Below, in pieces: positions 32,899 to 43,295 of a stretch of 64,000 nt of DNA. The notes beneath the pieces are model-generated. The model saw nothing but the letters and a program-made list of their open reading frames with translations. It was not told the origin of the DNA and made no database searches. Each line of letters begins with the position of its first letter. Within the stretch, counting starts at the first letter, position 1. This DNA is from Acidobacteriota bacterium (GTDB taxonomy: Bacteria; Acidobacteriota; UBA6911): assembly GCA_963664705.1 (NCBI GenBank), contig OY761556.1:800001-864000 (forward strand), written 5' to 3'. The position numbers and the translations under genes are program-made.

Positions 32899-35325
32899 AT
32901 GGCTGGAGATCTCAATCCCAGCAGGGGCGCAGTGTCGGAAACTCCTGCTATTCGACTCCGTGTTGTCCTTGCCTGTCGCTACGCGGCTTTCGGTTTAGCG
33001 CTGATTGCCTCGGCGTCCCTGCGCGAGGGTTCGGCTGGCATTATCGACCATGCCATCATCTGGTTGCCTACCGGAGTCTCGATTGCCGGCCTGTGGCTGC
33101 TCGGACCCAGTGCGTGGTGGGTTGTTGCCGCATCCACGTTTCTTCAACGCCTGTTCCTTGGCTACGACTGGGGCGTCGGGGTCAGCGCGGCTGCCGGCAG
33201 TGCCTTGGAGGCTTTGATCGGTGTCCTGATATTGCGCCGGCTTGGATTTCAACATTCTCTTTCCCGGCTGCGCGATGTGGGTGCGCTCCTGGCCGCGGCA
33301 GCCCTTGCCCCGCTTGGCAGCATCCTGACGTCATGGATTGGCCGGCTTTACATCTGGGTTGATCCAAACATGCCGTTTTACTCCGGCTGGGATGGCTGGT
33401 GGCGTATGAATGCGCTGGGTGCCATCACCATGGTGCCGCCAATTGTCAGTTGGCTCGGCCGGCCACGGCAGCATTCCATTTGGCGATTCCTTGCCGCGCT
33501 GGGTATCGGGATTTCCGCAATTGCGGTTGTCATGGCATTGCTGTTCTTCATATTGCCCGGTGACGCCATTGGCATCATGTGGATGAATCTGGTGCTGATG
33601 GGGATTGCATTGTTTGCGGCAGTCCGATACGGCGTGCCTGGAGCTACTCTGACAACGCTGTTATTGGCCATTGGCGTGGCGGTGATGACATCGCGAGGAT
33701 TTGGGCCCTTCCCCGGATTGCCCCGCCCTCAGCGTCATGAAGTAGTTCAGTTGTTCGAGCTCGCTCTGGCTGTAATCCCGGTTGCTTTTGCCGCGCTGAT
33801 TGCTGAACGGAGGGTTGCCGAAGATCTCCTCGAGTCCATTAACCGAAATGTGAACGAGGGGTTGTTCCGTGCAGATACTTCATTGCGGCTTGTATATTCG
33901 AATATGGCGTTGGCACGCATGCTGGGTCATGATTCTCCCGAGGGTGCGGTGGGGACCAGTCTCCGTAGTGCATTTGCCGATTCGATTCATGGCTCAGAAA
34001 TGGTCGGCCTGATCTTCACGCGTGGCCAGTGGCTGAACGAGGAGGTGCGGTTCCGACGGCCCGACGGCACAGCCTTCTGGGGCCTGATCACCGCCACTGC
34101 CGCGCGCAATGCTCAGGGCGAGGTTACCTGCTATGATGGCGCGGTTGCGGATATTACCGAACGCAAATTGTTGGAGGAAAAATTCCGTCACGCACAGAAA
34201 ATGGAGGCGGTTGGCAAGCTCGCTGGCGGCGTGGCCCACGATTTCAACAACCTGCTTACGGTCATTATTGGGTATGCTGAAAGTCTGCTGGACGAAATCA
34301 CAGATCCGGAACTGCATTCCTATGCAGAAAGTGTGCTCGAGGCTGCGCAGCGCGCCGCTACCTTGACCAGGCAATTGCTGGCCTATGGCCGCCGGCAGCA
34401 GCTTTCCCCCCGCGTTGTTGATCTCAGCGCCGTGGTTGGCCGGATGGGCAGCATGCTGAAGCGGATTATCGGCGAGGACATCCAATTTTGCGTGGAGCAC
34501 CTCTCCGGTCCCTGCTGGGTGCGCATCGATCCCGGGCAACTCGAGCAGGTACTGCTGAATCTGGTGGTCAATGCGCGTGATGCCATGCGCGGAGGCGGGA
34601 CATTGACTGTATCCACCGCGCACGAGGAAATTGACGAGCCTTCAGCCCGGGCACACTCGGATCGGTTTGCCGGATCCTGCGTGATTCTGCGCGTTCGCGA
34701 TACCGGCGACGGGATGCAGCCTGAAATTGTCGAGCGGGCTTTCGATCCCTTCTTTACTACCAAGGAGATGGGTCGCGGCACCGGTCTCGGTTTGTCGATG
34801 GTTTACGGCATTGTCAATCAAAGTGGAGGGGCTGTTTGGCTGGAAAGCGCTCCCGGCTGCGGGACTACTGCCACCATTCAGCTGCGGCGCGAACCCCAAC
34901 CGAGCGAAGCGCCGGCGGATCGTCCCGCCGGCGTTCGCATTTCAGATCCCGGTTCCGGCACAGTCCTGGTAGCGGAGGATGAATCTGTTGTGCGCGCGTT
35001 GGTATGCAGTACGCTGTCAAACCGCGGATACCGGGTGATCGAGGCTACCAATGGGGCACAGGCCCTGGAGGTGTTGGACCAGTGGGCAGGCCGTGTCAGC
35101 CTGCTGATCACAGACCTGGTGATGCCTGGCATGGGCGGTCGCGAACTTGCGCGCCGCGTGCGCTTGGTATGGCCCGGCATGCATATACTCTTCATGTCGG
35201 GCTATCCTGCCGAAGAGCAGCCGGAACCCGCCGCGGATAATCTCGATTTCCTTGCAAAACCGTTTACATCAAGTCAATTGCTGGAACGCGTTGCCCGATT
35301 ACTGCAGGAGGGTGTGGCAAAATAG
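32899..35325 (+). CDS. MASE1-PAS hybrid histidine kinase with receiver
   Basis: IWLPTG MASE1 TMs, PAS, AHDFNNLL H-box, NARDAM, FFTTK...GTGLGL, C-terminal REC. Confidence 0.93.
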   Translation: MAGDLNPSRGAVSETPAIRLRVVLACRYAAFGLALIASASLREGSAGIIDHAIIWLPTGVSIAGLWLLGPSAWWVVAASTFLQRLFLGYDWGVGVSAAAGSALEALIGVLILRRLGFQHSLSRLRDVGALLAAAALAPLGSILTSWIGRLYIWVDPNMPFYSGWDGWWRMNALGAITMVPPIVSWLGRPRQHSIWRFLAALGIGISAIAVVMALLFFILPGDAIGIMWMNLVLMGIALFAAVRYGVPGATLTTLLLAIGVAVMTSRGFGPFPGLPRPQRHEVVQLFELALAVIPVAFAALIAERRVAEDLLESINRNVNEGLFRADTSLRLVYSNMALARMLGHDSPEGAVGTSLRSAFADSIHGSEMVGLIFTRGQWLNEEVRFRRPDGTAFWGLITATAARNAQGEVTCYDGAVADITERKLLEEKFRHAQKMEAVGKLAGGVAHDFNNLLTVIIGYAESLLDEITDPELHSYAESVLEAAQRAATLTRQLLAYGRRQQLSPRVVDLSAVVGRMGSMLKRIIGEDIQFCVEHLSGPCWVRIDPGQLEQVLLNLVVNARDAMRGGGTLTVSTAHEEIDEPSARAHSDRFAGSCVILRVRDTGDGMQPEIVERAFDPFFTTKEMGRGTGLGLSMVYGIVNQSGGAVWLESAPGCGTTATIQLRREPQPSEAPADRPAGVRISDPGSGTVLVAEDESVVRALVCSTLSNRGYRVIEATNGAQALEVLDQWAGRVSLLITDLVMPGMGGRELARRVRLVWPGMHILFMSGYPAEEQPEPAADNLDFLAKPFTSSQLLERVARLLQEGVAK

Positions 35326-35351
35326 CCCCGCTTTTGTTGCGTGCCGGGAAT

Positions 35352-36755
35352 TTACGACCCAAGGACACGCAATTCGACAGGATGGGAATGCTCCGGCACT
35401 TCATAACGTTGGTTCTTTCCGGATGGGTTCCAGCCGCGGATGCCCTCGCGTTTGTTGTCATAGCGATAGGTCAGGCTCAGCCTTAATCCAAGAAGGGCCG
35501 TTTGCCACCGGAATGCCAACACATTGCGCATAAATCTCCAATAGATACGATCAAGTCTGTAAAACTGTGCATATAGCCAGTCGGCGCCAGCCTGGAGTTC
35601 TCTTGCGGTGAGCTGCGAAGGCTGAAATACAACGTGGCGGAAGTCAAAATGGCTCCAGTCCGGATCTGTTATGCGCCCGCTACCTTTCATGTCGGTAAAC
35701 AGAGGCGTGCCCGGGAGCGGGGTGAGGATATTGAGCTGAAGGGCGTCAATTCTGGATTTCTGCAGAAACCCCAGCATCCTCTCAAACACCGTTTCATCAT
35801 CCTCGTCGAGCCCGACAATGATTCCGGCGATGACGCCAATGCCTTTCCGACGGATCCTGGCAAGACGCTCGGCATATCGTGCGCTGTCGTTGAAGGTTTT
35901 GTTCATACCCGCGAGATTGCCCGTATTCAAGGTTTCGATCCCAATGAAAAAACCGCAGCAGCCGGCGGCAGCGGCCAGGCCGAGTAGTTCAGCATCGTCC
36001 GCAATTTCTATAGAACACTGGCCGACCCATCGTTTGTGCAGCGGAATCATTTTGCGGAACAGATTTCGCGCATAATCCCTGTCCGCCATAATATTGTCGT
36101 CCACAAATATCAGATCCCGGGGCAACCCCTTCAATTCCACAAGCACATCCTCAAGCCTGCGATTCCGGTATCTCTGGCGATGAAATGCCGAAACGGAACA
36201 ATAGCGGCACGCATGCCGACAACCCCGCCCGGCTTGAACGGCATTGATCGTGACATAGTGTCCTGCCTTGCCTGCCAGTAGATCGCGGCGCGGCACGGGT
36301 GAGTCCAGAGGAGCTTCATCGACACAACTGGAGTGTTCGTAGCGCCGGCGCAGTTTTCCGGTTTGGATATCCTGAAGCAGCTGCGGCCAAAGACCCTCCG
36401 CATCACCCATTACAATGGAGTCGAAATGCTCCAATGCCTCGGACGGGCAAAGCGTGGGGTGATACCCCCCGCCAATTACCACTTTTCTCTGATCTCGGAA
36501 TTGATGGGCAATCTCGTAGGCGCGCGGCGCCAGTGCCGTCATGAATGTGATGCCTATTACATCAGCATCCGAAGTGAAATCCAGGGGTTCAACATTTTCA
36601 TCCACGATGCGGACTTCATGCTCACACGGAGTCAGGGCTGCTACAATCGTGAGCGGCAGCACGCTGAAGCGCAGCATTTTCCGCTTGGGTACGGTGGGAT
36701 TCTCCCGAGTAACCCGAACATTCCGGCCGGCTGGCAAAACAAGCAGTATCTTCAT
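35352..36755 (-). CDS. Cobalamin-binding radical SAM protein
   Basis: N-terminal B12-binding-like domain (GGYHPT), CRHACRYC, FVDDN, TPLPGTPLF. Confidence 0.92.
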   Translation of the reverse strand: MKILLVLPAGRNVRVTRENPTVPKRKMLRFSVLPLTIVAALTPCEHEVRIVDENVEPLDFTSDADVIGITFMTALAPRAYEIAHQFRDQRKVVIGGGYHPTLCPSEALEHFDSIVMGDAEGLWPQLLQDIQTGKLRRRYEHSSCVDEAPLDSPVPRRDLLAGKAGHYVTINAVQAGRGCRHACRYCSVSAFHRQRYRNRRLEDVLVELKGLPRDLIFVDDNIMADRDYARNLFRKMIPLHKRWVGQCSIEIADDAELLGLAAAAGCCGFFIGIETLNTGNLAGMNKTFNDSARYAERLARIRRKGIGVIAGIIVGLDEDDETVFERMLGFLQKSRIDALQLNILTPLPGTPLFTDMKGSGRITDPDWSHFDFRHVVFQPSQLTARELQAGADWLYAQFYRLDRIYWRFMRNVLAFRWQTALLGLRLSLTYRYDNKREGIRGWNPSGKNQRYEVPEHSHPVELRVLGS

Positions 36756-36789
36756 ATCCGCCTCCTGTTCAATGGAACATACTTGGATA

Positions 36790-36806
36790 TGCCCGTTTTA
36801 TGCCAA
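36790..36806 (-). promoter_or_regulatory. Possible sigma54 (-24/-12) promoter of the radical SAM gene
   Basis: Minus strand TTGGCATAAAACGGGCA (GG-N10-GC), 34 nt before the ATG; -12 element imperfect. Confidence 0.4.
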
Positions 36807-36905
36807 TTGCTAACTGTTGATATGGTTAGGCTTGTCGTTTGTGGATAAAATGAGTGCTTGGGGAAATATGCATAGAATGTATATGGCGGGTACGGTTTAT
36901 GCAGG

Positions 36906-37086
36906 GCTTGCAGCGAAGCCATAGGGAGTGCCGCCGGGATGGCTAAGGCCGCATATTATTTGCAGGAAGGCGTGCCCGAATGGGAGCCGTGGAGCGCGGC
37001 AGCAAGCTCAGCTGTCTCCGAAGGGCTTCGTCTCGACAAATAGTATGCGGCCTTGGCCGTCTCGGCGGCCTCAGCGCTATGCAAGC
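36906..37086 (+). ncRNA. Candidate structured RNA or MITE-like element
   Basis: 33-bp stem 36930-36962/37037-37069 (29 Watson-Crick plus 4 G:U on the + strand), outer GCTTGCA/TGCAAGC helix, 74-nt head. Confidence 0.5.
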
Positions 37087-37094
37087 AGCCCCGG

Positions 37095-37679
37095 TCACTT
37101 TTTATTTATATTGCCAAGAGCTTTTTCCTCACAATCCGGGCAGATGCCGTGGGAGAAGATAATGTTGGAATGGCTGCTGATGTAGGATTCGAGTTGATTC
37201 CAGTAATTTTTGTCGTCGCGGATCCGTTTGCAATAGGAGCAGATCGGAAGCAAATTCCGCAGGCTTTCAATTTCGCGTTCCTGTAAAGTTTGCATATAAT
37301 CCCGGGCTTCCTTGGATTCGGTGATGTCGATACAACTTCCTATGTAGCCCAGAAATGTGCCGGCTGCATCGTGAAAGGGGACGCCCCGGTCAAAGATCCA
37401 GCGGTATGCGCCATCCGAGCGGCGCAATCGGTATTCCATTTCAAAAGACAGCCTTCTGGCAAAATGATCCGTATAAATCTGCAGGCAGCGGTCAAAGTCT
37501 TCGGGATGGACTCCTTCTGCCCACCCATTTCCCATTTCCTGCTCCATGGAGCGGCCGGTAAATTTGAGCCAAACCTCGTTAAAGTAATCACATCCCATCG
37601 TTAAGTCTGCGCGCCAGATCATAATGGGCGCTTTTTCCACCAAAAGTCTGTATTCCTCGAAGCTCAATCGAATATCCAT
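37095..37679 (-). CDS. PAS domain protein with C-terminal Cys/His (Zn-finger-like) module
   Basis: PAS (IWRAD...VHPED...EYRLRRSDG...DITE) plus LPICSYCKRIRD...SHGICPDC. Confidence 0.9.
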   Translation of the reverse strand: MDIRLSFEEYRLLVEKAPIMIWRADLTMGCDYFNEVWLKFTGRSMEQEMGNGWAEGVHPEDFDRCLQIYTDHFARRLSFEMEYRLRRSDGAYRWIFDRGVPFHDAAGTFLGYIGSCIDITESKEARDYMQTLQEREIESLRNLLPICSYCKRIRDDKNYWNQLESYISSHSNIIFSHGICPDCEEKALGNINKK

Positions 37680-37899
37680 TCTCTAGCCATCCTATAAGTC
37701 AAGGTGTGCTTAATCTCGCCATTGGTTTTATTCATTATAGAGTATTTTCGAAGTGTTCACAGTACCAGTCTATTTCGAGGGATGCATGTCAGGAAGAGCG
37801 CTGATGCCAGGGAACTGCCGGCATGATTCTATTGCGGATAATCTTGATTCAAGGCTGCGAACGCCTTATGCGGATTCGATGCAACCTGCGGCCGCGCTA

Positions 37900-38883
37900 T
37901 CAGTCAAACACGAATTTCCCATCCGTCAGCAACGAGATGGCAGCCTGAGCTGCATCGGCATTGTATTTAATTCCCATGTTGGCGCGGAGTTCGCGGATCG
38001 CTTCCTCAAGGCCCTTGGCGGGGCGGTAGGGCCGATGATGCGCGATCGCTTCCACAATGTCGGCAACGGCAATAATCTGCGCTTCCACGTGTATCTGGGA
38101 CCCCTTCAGCGCCTTTGGATATCCTGAGCCGTCCAGCCTTTCGTGGTGCTGGTAAACAATTTCGTGAATAGGAAATGGAAATCCGATGGGTGCGAGCACG
38201 TCATGTCCCACTTGGGAGTGCATCTTTACAATTTCCCATTCTGAAGCATTCAGAACGCCGGGTTTGCTGAGAAACTCGACCGGGACATAGATCTTTCCTA
38301 TGTCGTGAATCATCGCCGCCATGCGGATCTGCTCGACGGCGTTTTGCGGGAAACCAAGGGATTCTGCAATGGCGGCAGAAAGCTTGGATACGCGAGTCTG
38401 GTGTCCAGCCGTATAGGGGTCTTTCGATTCAATCAAACGGGAAAAAGCCTGGATCAGGCCTCCCATGCCCTCATTCCATCGCTTCAGGGCATAGTATTCC
38501 CGCTCGGTTTGAAGCAGTTGATGATGCCGCAGGCCGTCGAGAAGCGCCTTTTCCAGGACATCCATGGGGCATGGCTTCGAAAGGAATCGGAAGATGTTGC
38601 CTTCGTTAATGGCTCTGATGCTGATGTCGAAATGGGCGCAGCCCGTCAGCAGCATCCGTACTGAATTGGGAGAAATTTTTCCAATGGTGGCCAGGAAGGA
38701 AATTCCATCAATGCCCGGCATCTGATAGTCGGAGACAATGACGGGAAATACGTTTTCCTTTTCGATCAGCGCCAGTCCTTCTTTTGCCGAACGGGCGACC
38801 GAGATATCAAATTTTTCTTTAAACGCACGGCGGATTACCGACAGGACCGTGACTTCGTCATCAACAAAGAGGATTCTATTCAA
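37900..38883 (-). CDS. Response regulator with HD-GYP phosphodiesterase domain
   Basis: REC (FVDDE, SDYQMP, KP); DPYTAGH, HDIGK, HHERLDGSGYP, HRPYR. Confidence 0.93.
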   Translation of the reverse strand: MNRILFVDDEVTVLSVIRRAFKEKFDISVARSAKEGLALIEKENVFPVIVSDYQMPGIDGISFLATIGKISPNSVRMLLTGCAHFDISIRAINEGNIFRFLSKPCPMDVLEKALLDGLRHHQLLQTEREYYALKRWNEGMGGLIQAFSRLIESKDPYTAGHQTRVSKLSAAIAESLGFPQNAVEQIRMAAMIHDIGKIYVPVEFLSKPGVLNASEWEIVKMHSQVGHDVLAPIGFPFPIHEIVYQHHERLDGSGYPKALKGSQIHVEAQIIAVADIVEAIAHHRPYRPAKGLEEAIRELRANMGIKYNADAAQAAISLLTDGKFVFD

Positions 38884-39051
38884 CGTGCGAGCCCCCTAAT
38901 TTGTCCTCATTCCTCTTATCGTTCCGCAACCCTGTATTCGTACAATTTAATTCACAATCCTGCCTGACCATGTCCTGGCTGTGAATTCACCTATCGCGGA
39001 GGGGGGATACCTGTCGATATGTTATCCGTGCCGGAGTGTATGTGAGGGAAC

Positions 39052-41088
39052 ATGTCAAAAGCAAAAATACTGGTGCTCGAGGACGATGAAAGGCTGGGCA
39101 CTTACATCCGCAAATGCCTGGAGCAGTGCGACTATGAAGTTGCGGACCTTGTCGATACCGGACAGGCGGCTGTAGATGCGGCCTGGAATACTCTTCCGGA
39201 TCTGGCGCTGCTGGATATCTATGTTCCGGGGGATATGGATGGAATTGACGCCGGGGCCATCATTCGACGGGATCTGGATATTCCGGTCGTCTTTCAGACC
39301 GGCTATTTCGATGAGGACACGCTCGAACGCGCCATGAACGTTGATCCTCTGGGCTATCTCCTCAAGCCGTTCAATCATTTGAATCTGCAAACAACCATCG
39401 ATAATGCATTGCACCAGCACCGTGCGACATTGAAGCGAACTCGGGCGCTTGTGGCTGCCATGGAAAAGCGCTATCAGGAGATGTTCGAGAACTCGCCGTT
39501 GGGGATCGGCAGAATGGATTTGTCCGGGCATCTGGTGAATGCCAACGCCTCGCTGGCAAAGACGCTCGGGTATGAAAGCGTTCAAGCGCTCATGGAGTCT
39601 GTCGAAAATGTCGGGACGGACATGTTTGCCGATGCCGAAGACAGTCGATCTATTTTTGACCTTCTTCGCCAGCAGGCCCTGGTCAGTGCATTTGAATCGC
39701 GGTTGCGATGCGCCAACGGCAGTGAGATCTGGGGCAGCATTAACGCACGCCTGACCAAGGACGTGGGCCGGATGGAGGATTGCTACGAGTGCATCGTGCA
39801 GGACATTACGGGAAAGAGGAAGGCTGAAGAGGCATTGCGCATAAGCGAAGAGCGCCTGACCTGCCTGGTGAATGCTGCCCGGGATGGAATTTCCATGACC
39901 GATGGCACCGGCAATGTGCTGTTATGGAATCAGACCATTCAGAAAATCACCGGATACTCGGAGGCGGAGGCCCTGGGGAAGAACCTGAACGAGCTGATTA
40001 CGCCAGAGAGGTATCGCATCGATTACCAGAAGGCTTTTGTGGACTGGCTGGCGTCTGCCACGGGTGATGAGATTGGACAGACCATTGAATCAACGGCGAT
40101 GCGAAAGGATCACACGGAATTTCCTGTGGAGCTTTCTCTCTCGGCTGTGAGGCAGAACGGCCATTGGACCTCTATCGGGATCCTGCGCGATATTTCGGAG
40201 CGGATGCAGGCCAAGACCGAACGCGATCACATGGAGGTAACGCTTCGCCAGGCCCAGAAGCTCGAATCCATCGGTCAGCTGGCAGCAGGAATTGCGCATG
40301 AAATCAACACTCCAACACAATACGTGGGCGACAACACGCGTTTCCTGTTGGATGCATTTCGCGATGTGAATTCGGCGCTGCAGACATATGGGCAAATGCT
40401 CGATGCCTGCCGGGATGACAGCGTTTCTCCCGATCTGATAAAAAGGGTCGAGGCGGTTCTCCATTCGGCGGACCTGGACTATCTTTCATCGGAGATCCCC
40501 AAGGCTATCACTCAAAGCCTTGACGGCATTGAGAGAATTGCCACCATCGTGCGGGCGATGAAGAACTTTTCTCATCCAGGCTCCAAGGATATGACTCCGA
40601 CCGACATCCACAGAGCCATCCAAAACACGCTCATTGTCTGCCGAAATGAATACAAGTATGTTGCTGATGTTGCGACTCAGTTTGACGAGTCTTTGCCGTT
40701 GGTTCCCTGCATTCCCGGCGATTTCAACCAAGTCATCATGAACCTTGTCATCAATGCAGCGCATGCAATTGCCGATAAGGTTGGCTCCCAGCCAAACGCC
40801 AAAGGAAAGATCAGTATCGCTACGCACAATAAAGGAGATGTGGCCGAAATTCGCATTTCGGATACAGGGGCGGGGATCCCTGAGGAGATTCAGGGGAAGG
40901 TCTACGATCCTTTCTTTACCACAAAAGACATCGGGCGGGGGACTGGCCAGGGCCTTGCCATATGCCACGCGGTTATTGTGCAGCAGCACAAAGGCTCCAT
41001 CCGCTTTGAATCCGAAATAGGCAAAGGGACAACTTTTGTTGTGTGTCTACCGCTGGATAGTGTGGGAAGGAACGAGGAAGTGGCATGA
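39052..41088 (+). CDS. REC-PAS-PAS histidine kinase
   Basis: N-terminal REC, two PAS domains, AHEINTP, NAAHAI, FFTTK...GTGQGL. Confidence 0.93.
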   Translation: MSKAKILVLEDDERLGTYIRKCLEQCDYEVADLVDTGQAAVDAAWNTLPDLALLDIYVPGDMDGIDAGAIIRRDLDIPVVFQTGYFDEDTLERAMNVDPLGYLLKPFNHLNLQTTIDNALHQHRATLKRTRALVAAMEKRYQEMFENSPLGIGRMDLSGHLVNANASLAKTLGYESVQALMESVENVGTDMFADAEDSRSIFDLLRQQALVSAFESRLRCANGSEIWGSINARLTKDVGRMEDCYECIVQDITGKRKAEEALRISEERLTCLVNAARDGISMTDGTGNVLLWNQTIQKITGYSEAEALGKNLNELITPERYRIDYQKAFVDWLASATGDEIGQTIESTAMRKDHTEFPVELSLSAVRQNGHWTSIGILRDISERMQAKTERDHMEVTLRQAQKLESIGQLAAGIAHEINTPTQYVGDNTRFLLDAFRDVNSALQTYGQMLDACRDDSVSPDLIKRVEAVLHSADLDYLSSEIPKAITQSLDGIERIATIVRAMKNFSHPGSKDMTPTDIHRAIQNTLIVCRNEYKYVADVATQFDESLPLVPCIPGDFNQVIMNLVINAAHAIADKVGSQPNAKGKISIATHNKGDVAEIRISDTGAGIPEEIQGKVYDPFFTTKDIGRGTGQGLAICHAVIVQQHKGSIRFESEIGKGTTFVVCLPLDSVGRNEEVA

Positions 41089-42296
41089 AGAAACGGATAA
41101 TTTTCGTGGATGATGAGCCCAGTATCCTGGATGGATTGGGCCGGATGCTGCGTGACATGCGGCATGATTGGGAGATGCGCTTTGCAACCAGCGGCAAGGA
41201 CGCGCTGGATATCCTGAGTGCCGAACCATTCGATCTTATTGTTTCTGACATGCGAATGCCTCTGATGAACGGGCTGCAGTTGCTGACTGAAGTTAAGGCG
41301 AGGTTCCCCGGAGTTATCCGGATGATCCTTTCCGGCTATTCAGATCAATCTCTGATCATGCGTTCGGTTGGAATTATCCACCAATACATGTCCAAGCCCT
41401 GCGATGCAGCCGTAATTCGTACCGTTATCGGACGGGCGCTTGAACTGCGCGCATTATTGTCGGATGAGAGGCTGGTTCGCCTGATCAGCCGCTTGAGTAA
41501 TCTCCCCAGTCTTCCCTCTCTTCATCACGAAATAGTGGCAGAGTTGCAGTCCCCCAATGCTTCCTCCGGGCGCATCGGAGATATTGTTGCGCATGACCCC
41601 GCGATGACCGCCAAGATTTTGCAACTGGTTAATTCGGCTTTCTTCGGAATCCGGCGCAAGATATGCAGCGCCCGGGAGGCTGTGAGCTTTATCGGAATTG
41701 AGACCATTCAAGCGCTGGTTCTGTCCTTGAATGCATTTGACAGCTTCAGAAGTCAGGGCGTGCCGAATTACACCATTGAAAATATCTGGAGCCACAGTGT
41801 AATCGCCGGCATATTTGCAAAACGGATTCTGCAAAAGGAAAATGGCGGCGACAGCATGGCGGACGCCGCCCTGACAGCGGGCCTGCTGCATGACCTGGGG
41901 AAACTGGTGCTCGCGTCAAACCTTCCGGAGGAATATGGAAAAGTTCTTCGCAAAGTAACGCACGAAGGGATTTCGTTCCCGGATGCGGAAAGAGATGTAT
42001 TCGGATCGACCCACGAAGAGGTGGGGGCCTATTTGCTCGGTCTGTGGGGATTGCCTGATTTGATTGTTGAGTCGGTGGCCTGGCACCACCGGCCAAGTCA
42101 GTGCAAAATCAATGTCTTTGGATTGCTCGCTGCGGTCCATACCGCCGATGTTCTGGAACACCGGCTGTCCAGCCGTGAGTCCATCGGACCGCTGCCCAAA
42201 CTGGATGTAGAGTTTCTCCAGACCGTACAGAAAAATGAGAAGATTGATGTCTGGACGGAATTGTGTGCCAACAGCATTTCCAGCAGCACCCCGTAA
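41085..42296 (+). CDS. REC-HDOD response regulator
   Basis: FVDDE/SDMRMP REC; LPSLP, DPAMTAKILQLVNSAFFG, LLHDLGK, WGLP...HH; ATGA overlap. Confidence 0.93.
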   Translation: MKKRIIFVDDEPSILDGLGRMLRDMRHDWEMRFATSGKDALDILSAEPFDLIVSDMRMPLMNGLQLLTEVKARFPGVIRMILSGYSDQSLIMRSVGIIHQYMSKPCDAAVIRTVIGRALELRALLSDERLVRLISRLSNLPSLPSLHHEIVAELQSPNASSGRIGDIVAHDPAMTAKILQLVNSAFFGIRRKICSAREAVSFIGIETIQALVLSLNAFDSFRSQGVPNYTIENIWSHSVIAGIFAKRILQKENGGDSMADAALTAGLLHDLGKLVLASNLPEEYGKVLRKVTHEGISFPDAERDVFGSTHEEVGAYLLGLWGLPDLIVESVAWHHRPSQCKINVFGLLAAVHTADVLEHRLSSRESIGPLPKLDVEFLQTVQKNEKIDVWTELCANSISSSTP

Positions 42297-42635
42297 GGGA
42301 TTCCTTGGTGGCCGCAACGTAGTCAGGTTTCCTTCTGCATGCAAAGGCCGAAGGCAAGTGACCGTTTCCAAAAGCCGGGATGTACCGCACACAGGCATGG
42401 TGCGGGTCGATCTCTTCTTTGCTTATCGTCAGAAATATCTCCGTAGTGCCTCCTCCTGTTTTTCACAAGACCAGAACTAATAGATTCGGAATTATTCATG
42501 CATTTTTATTGCGTTTTTATTGGAACTATTTGTTGCACGTCAGCCACCATGCGCAATATTATCAGTCAACACTCTCGGGTTTTTCCTGACACACAGATTT
42601 ACGGCAGCTGATATCGCTGATGTGGGGGTTGCAGG

Positions 42636-43295
42636 GTGCCAACGGCAGACGAATGGATTGATCAGTTTGAGTTGGCGTTGTTGGCTATGGATTCGATGGA
42701 AGCCCGGCAACTTATTCACAGCGCTGGTGCAATGCTTTCTCCTGTTCAGATCGTGGACAGCATCATTGTGCCTGCGCTTGAGCGCATCGGGGCCAGGTGG
42801 GAACGCGGCGAGGCTGCGCTTTCACAAGTCTATATGAGCGGCCGAATCTGCGAGCCGCTGGTAAGCAATCTCCTGCCCATCGACAGCCACGATCGAAAGG
42901 ATAAACCGATTGTGGGGGTTACCGTCCTGGAAGATTTTCATGTATTGGGAAAAAATCTGGTTCTGTCCGCCCTGCGTGCGAGCGGATTCAATCCGCTCGA
43001 TCTTGGACGAACCGATGTAGGGCAGCTCATCCAGACTGTGATTGCTGAAAATGTGAAGGTGCTGCTCATATCCACCCTCATGCTTCCATCGGCGCTCCGT
43101 GTGCGCGATGTATGCAACGGACTGAAAGCGGCAGGATACCGGGCAAAGATCGCCGTTGGCGGCGCGCCATTTCGCTTTGATCCGGAGTTGTGGCGTGAAG
43201 TAGGCGCCGATGCCGGAGGGCGCAGTGCCGGCGAAGCTATCACGATCACGCGCGAATTGATACAGGCCGTGGAAAGGATGGAGACTACAACGTGA
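42636..43295 (+). CDS. Corrinoid (cobamide-binding) protein, MtaC/MtbC-like
   Basis: Cap domain IVPALERIGARWERGE; EDFHVLGKNLV (DxHxxG), ISTLM, VGGAP; GTG start. Confidence 0.9.
   Translation: MPTADEWIDQFELALLAMDSMEARQLIHSAGAMLSPVQIVDSIIVPALERIGARWERGEAALSQVYMSGRICEPLVSNLLPIDSHDRKDKPIVGVTVLEDFHVLGKNLVLSALRASGFNPLDLGRTDVGQLIQTVIAENVKVLLISTLMLPSALRVRDVCNGLKAAGYRAKIAVGGAPFRFDPELWREVGADAGGRSAGEAITITRELIQAVERMETTT

Noticed and set aside
36840-36848. Perfect DnaA box TGTGGATAA
   Set aside because: A single isolated 9-mer is compatible with chance
36963-37036. tRNA gene in the 74-nt head of the long hairpin
   Set aside because: No TTC T-loop, no 7-bp acceptor stem and no CCA
36756-42635. Cobalamin or c-di-GMP riboswitch upstream of the radical SAM or corrinoid genes
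   Set aside because: No B12-box or GEMM consensus recognised on the coding strand by eye; an Rfam scan would be needed to exclude it fully
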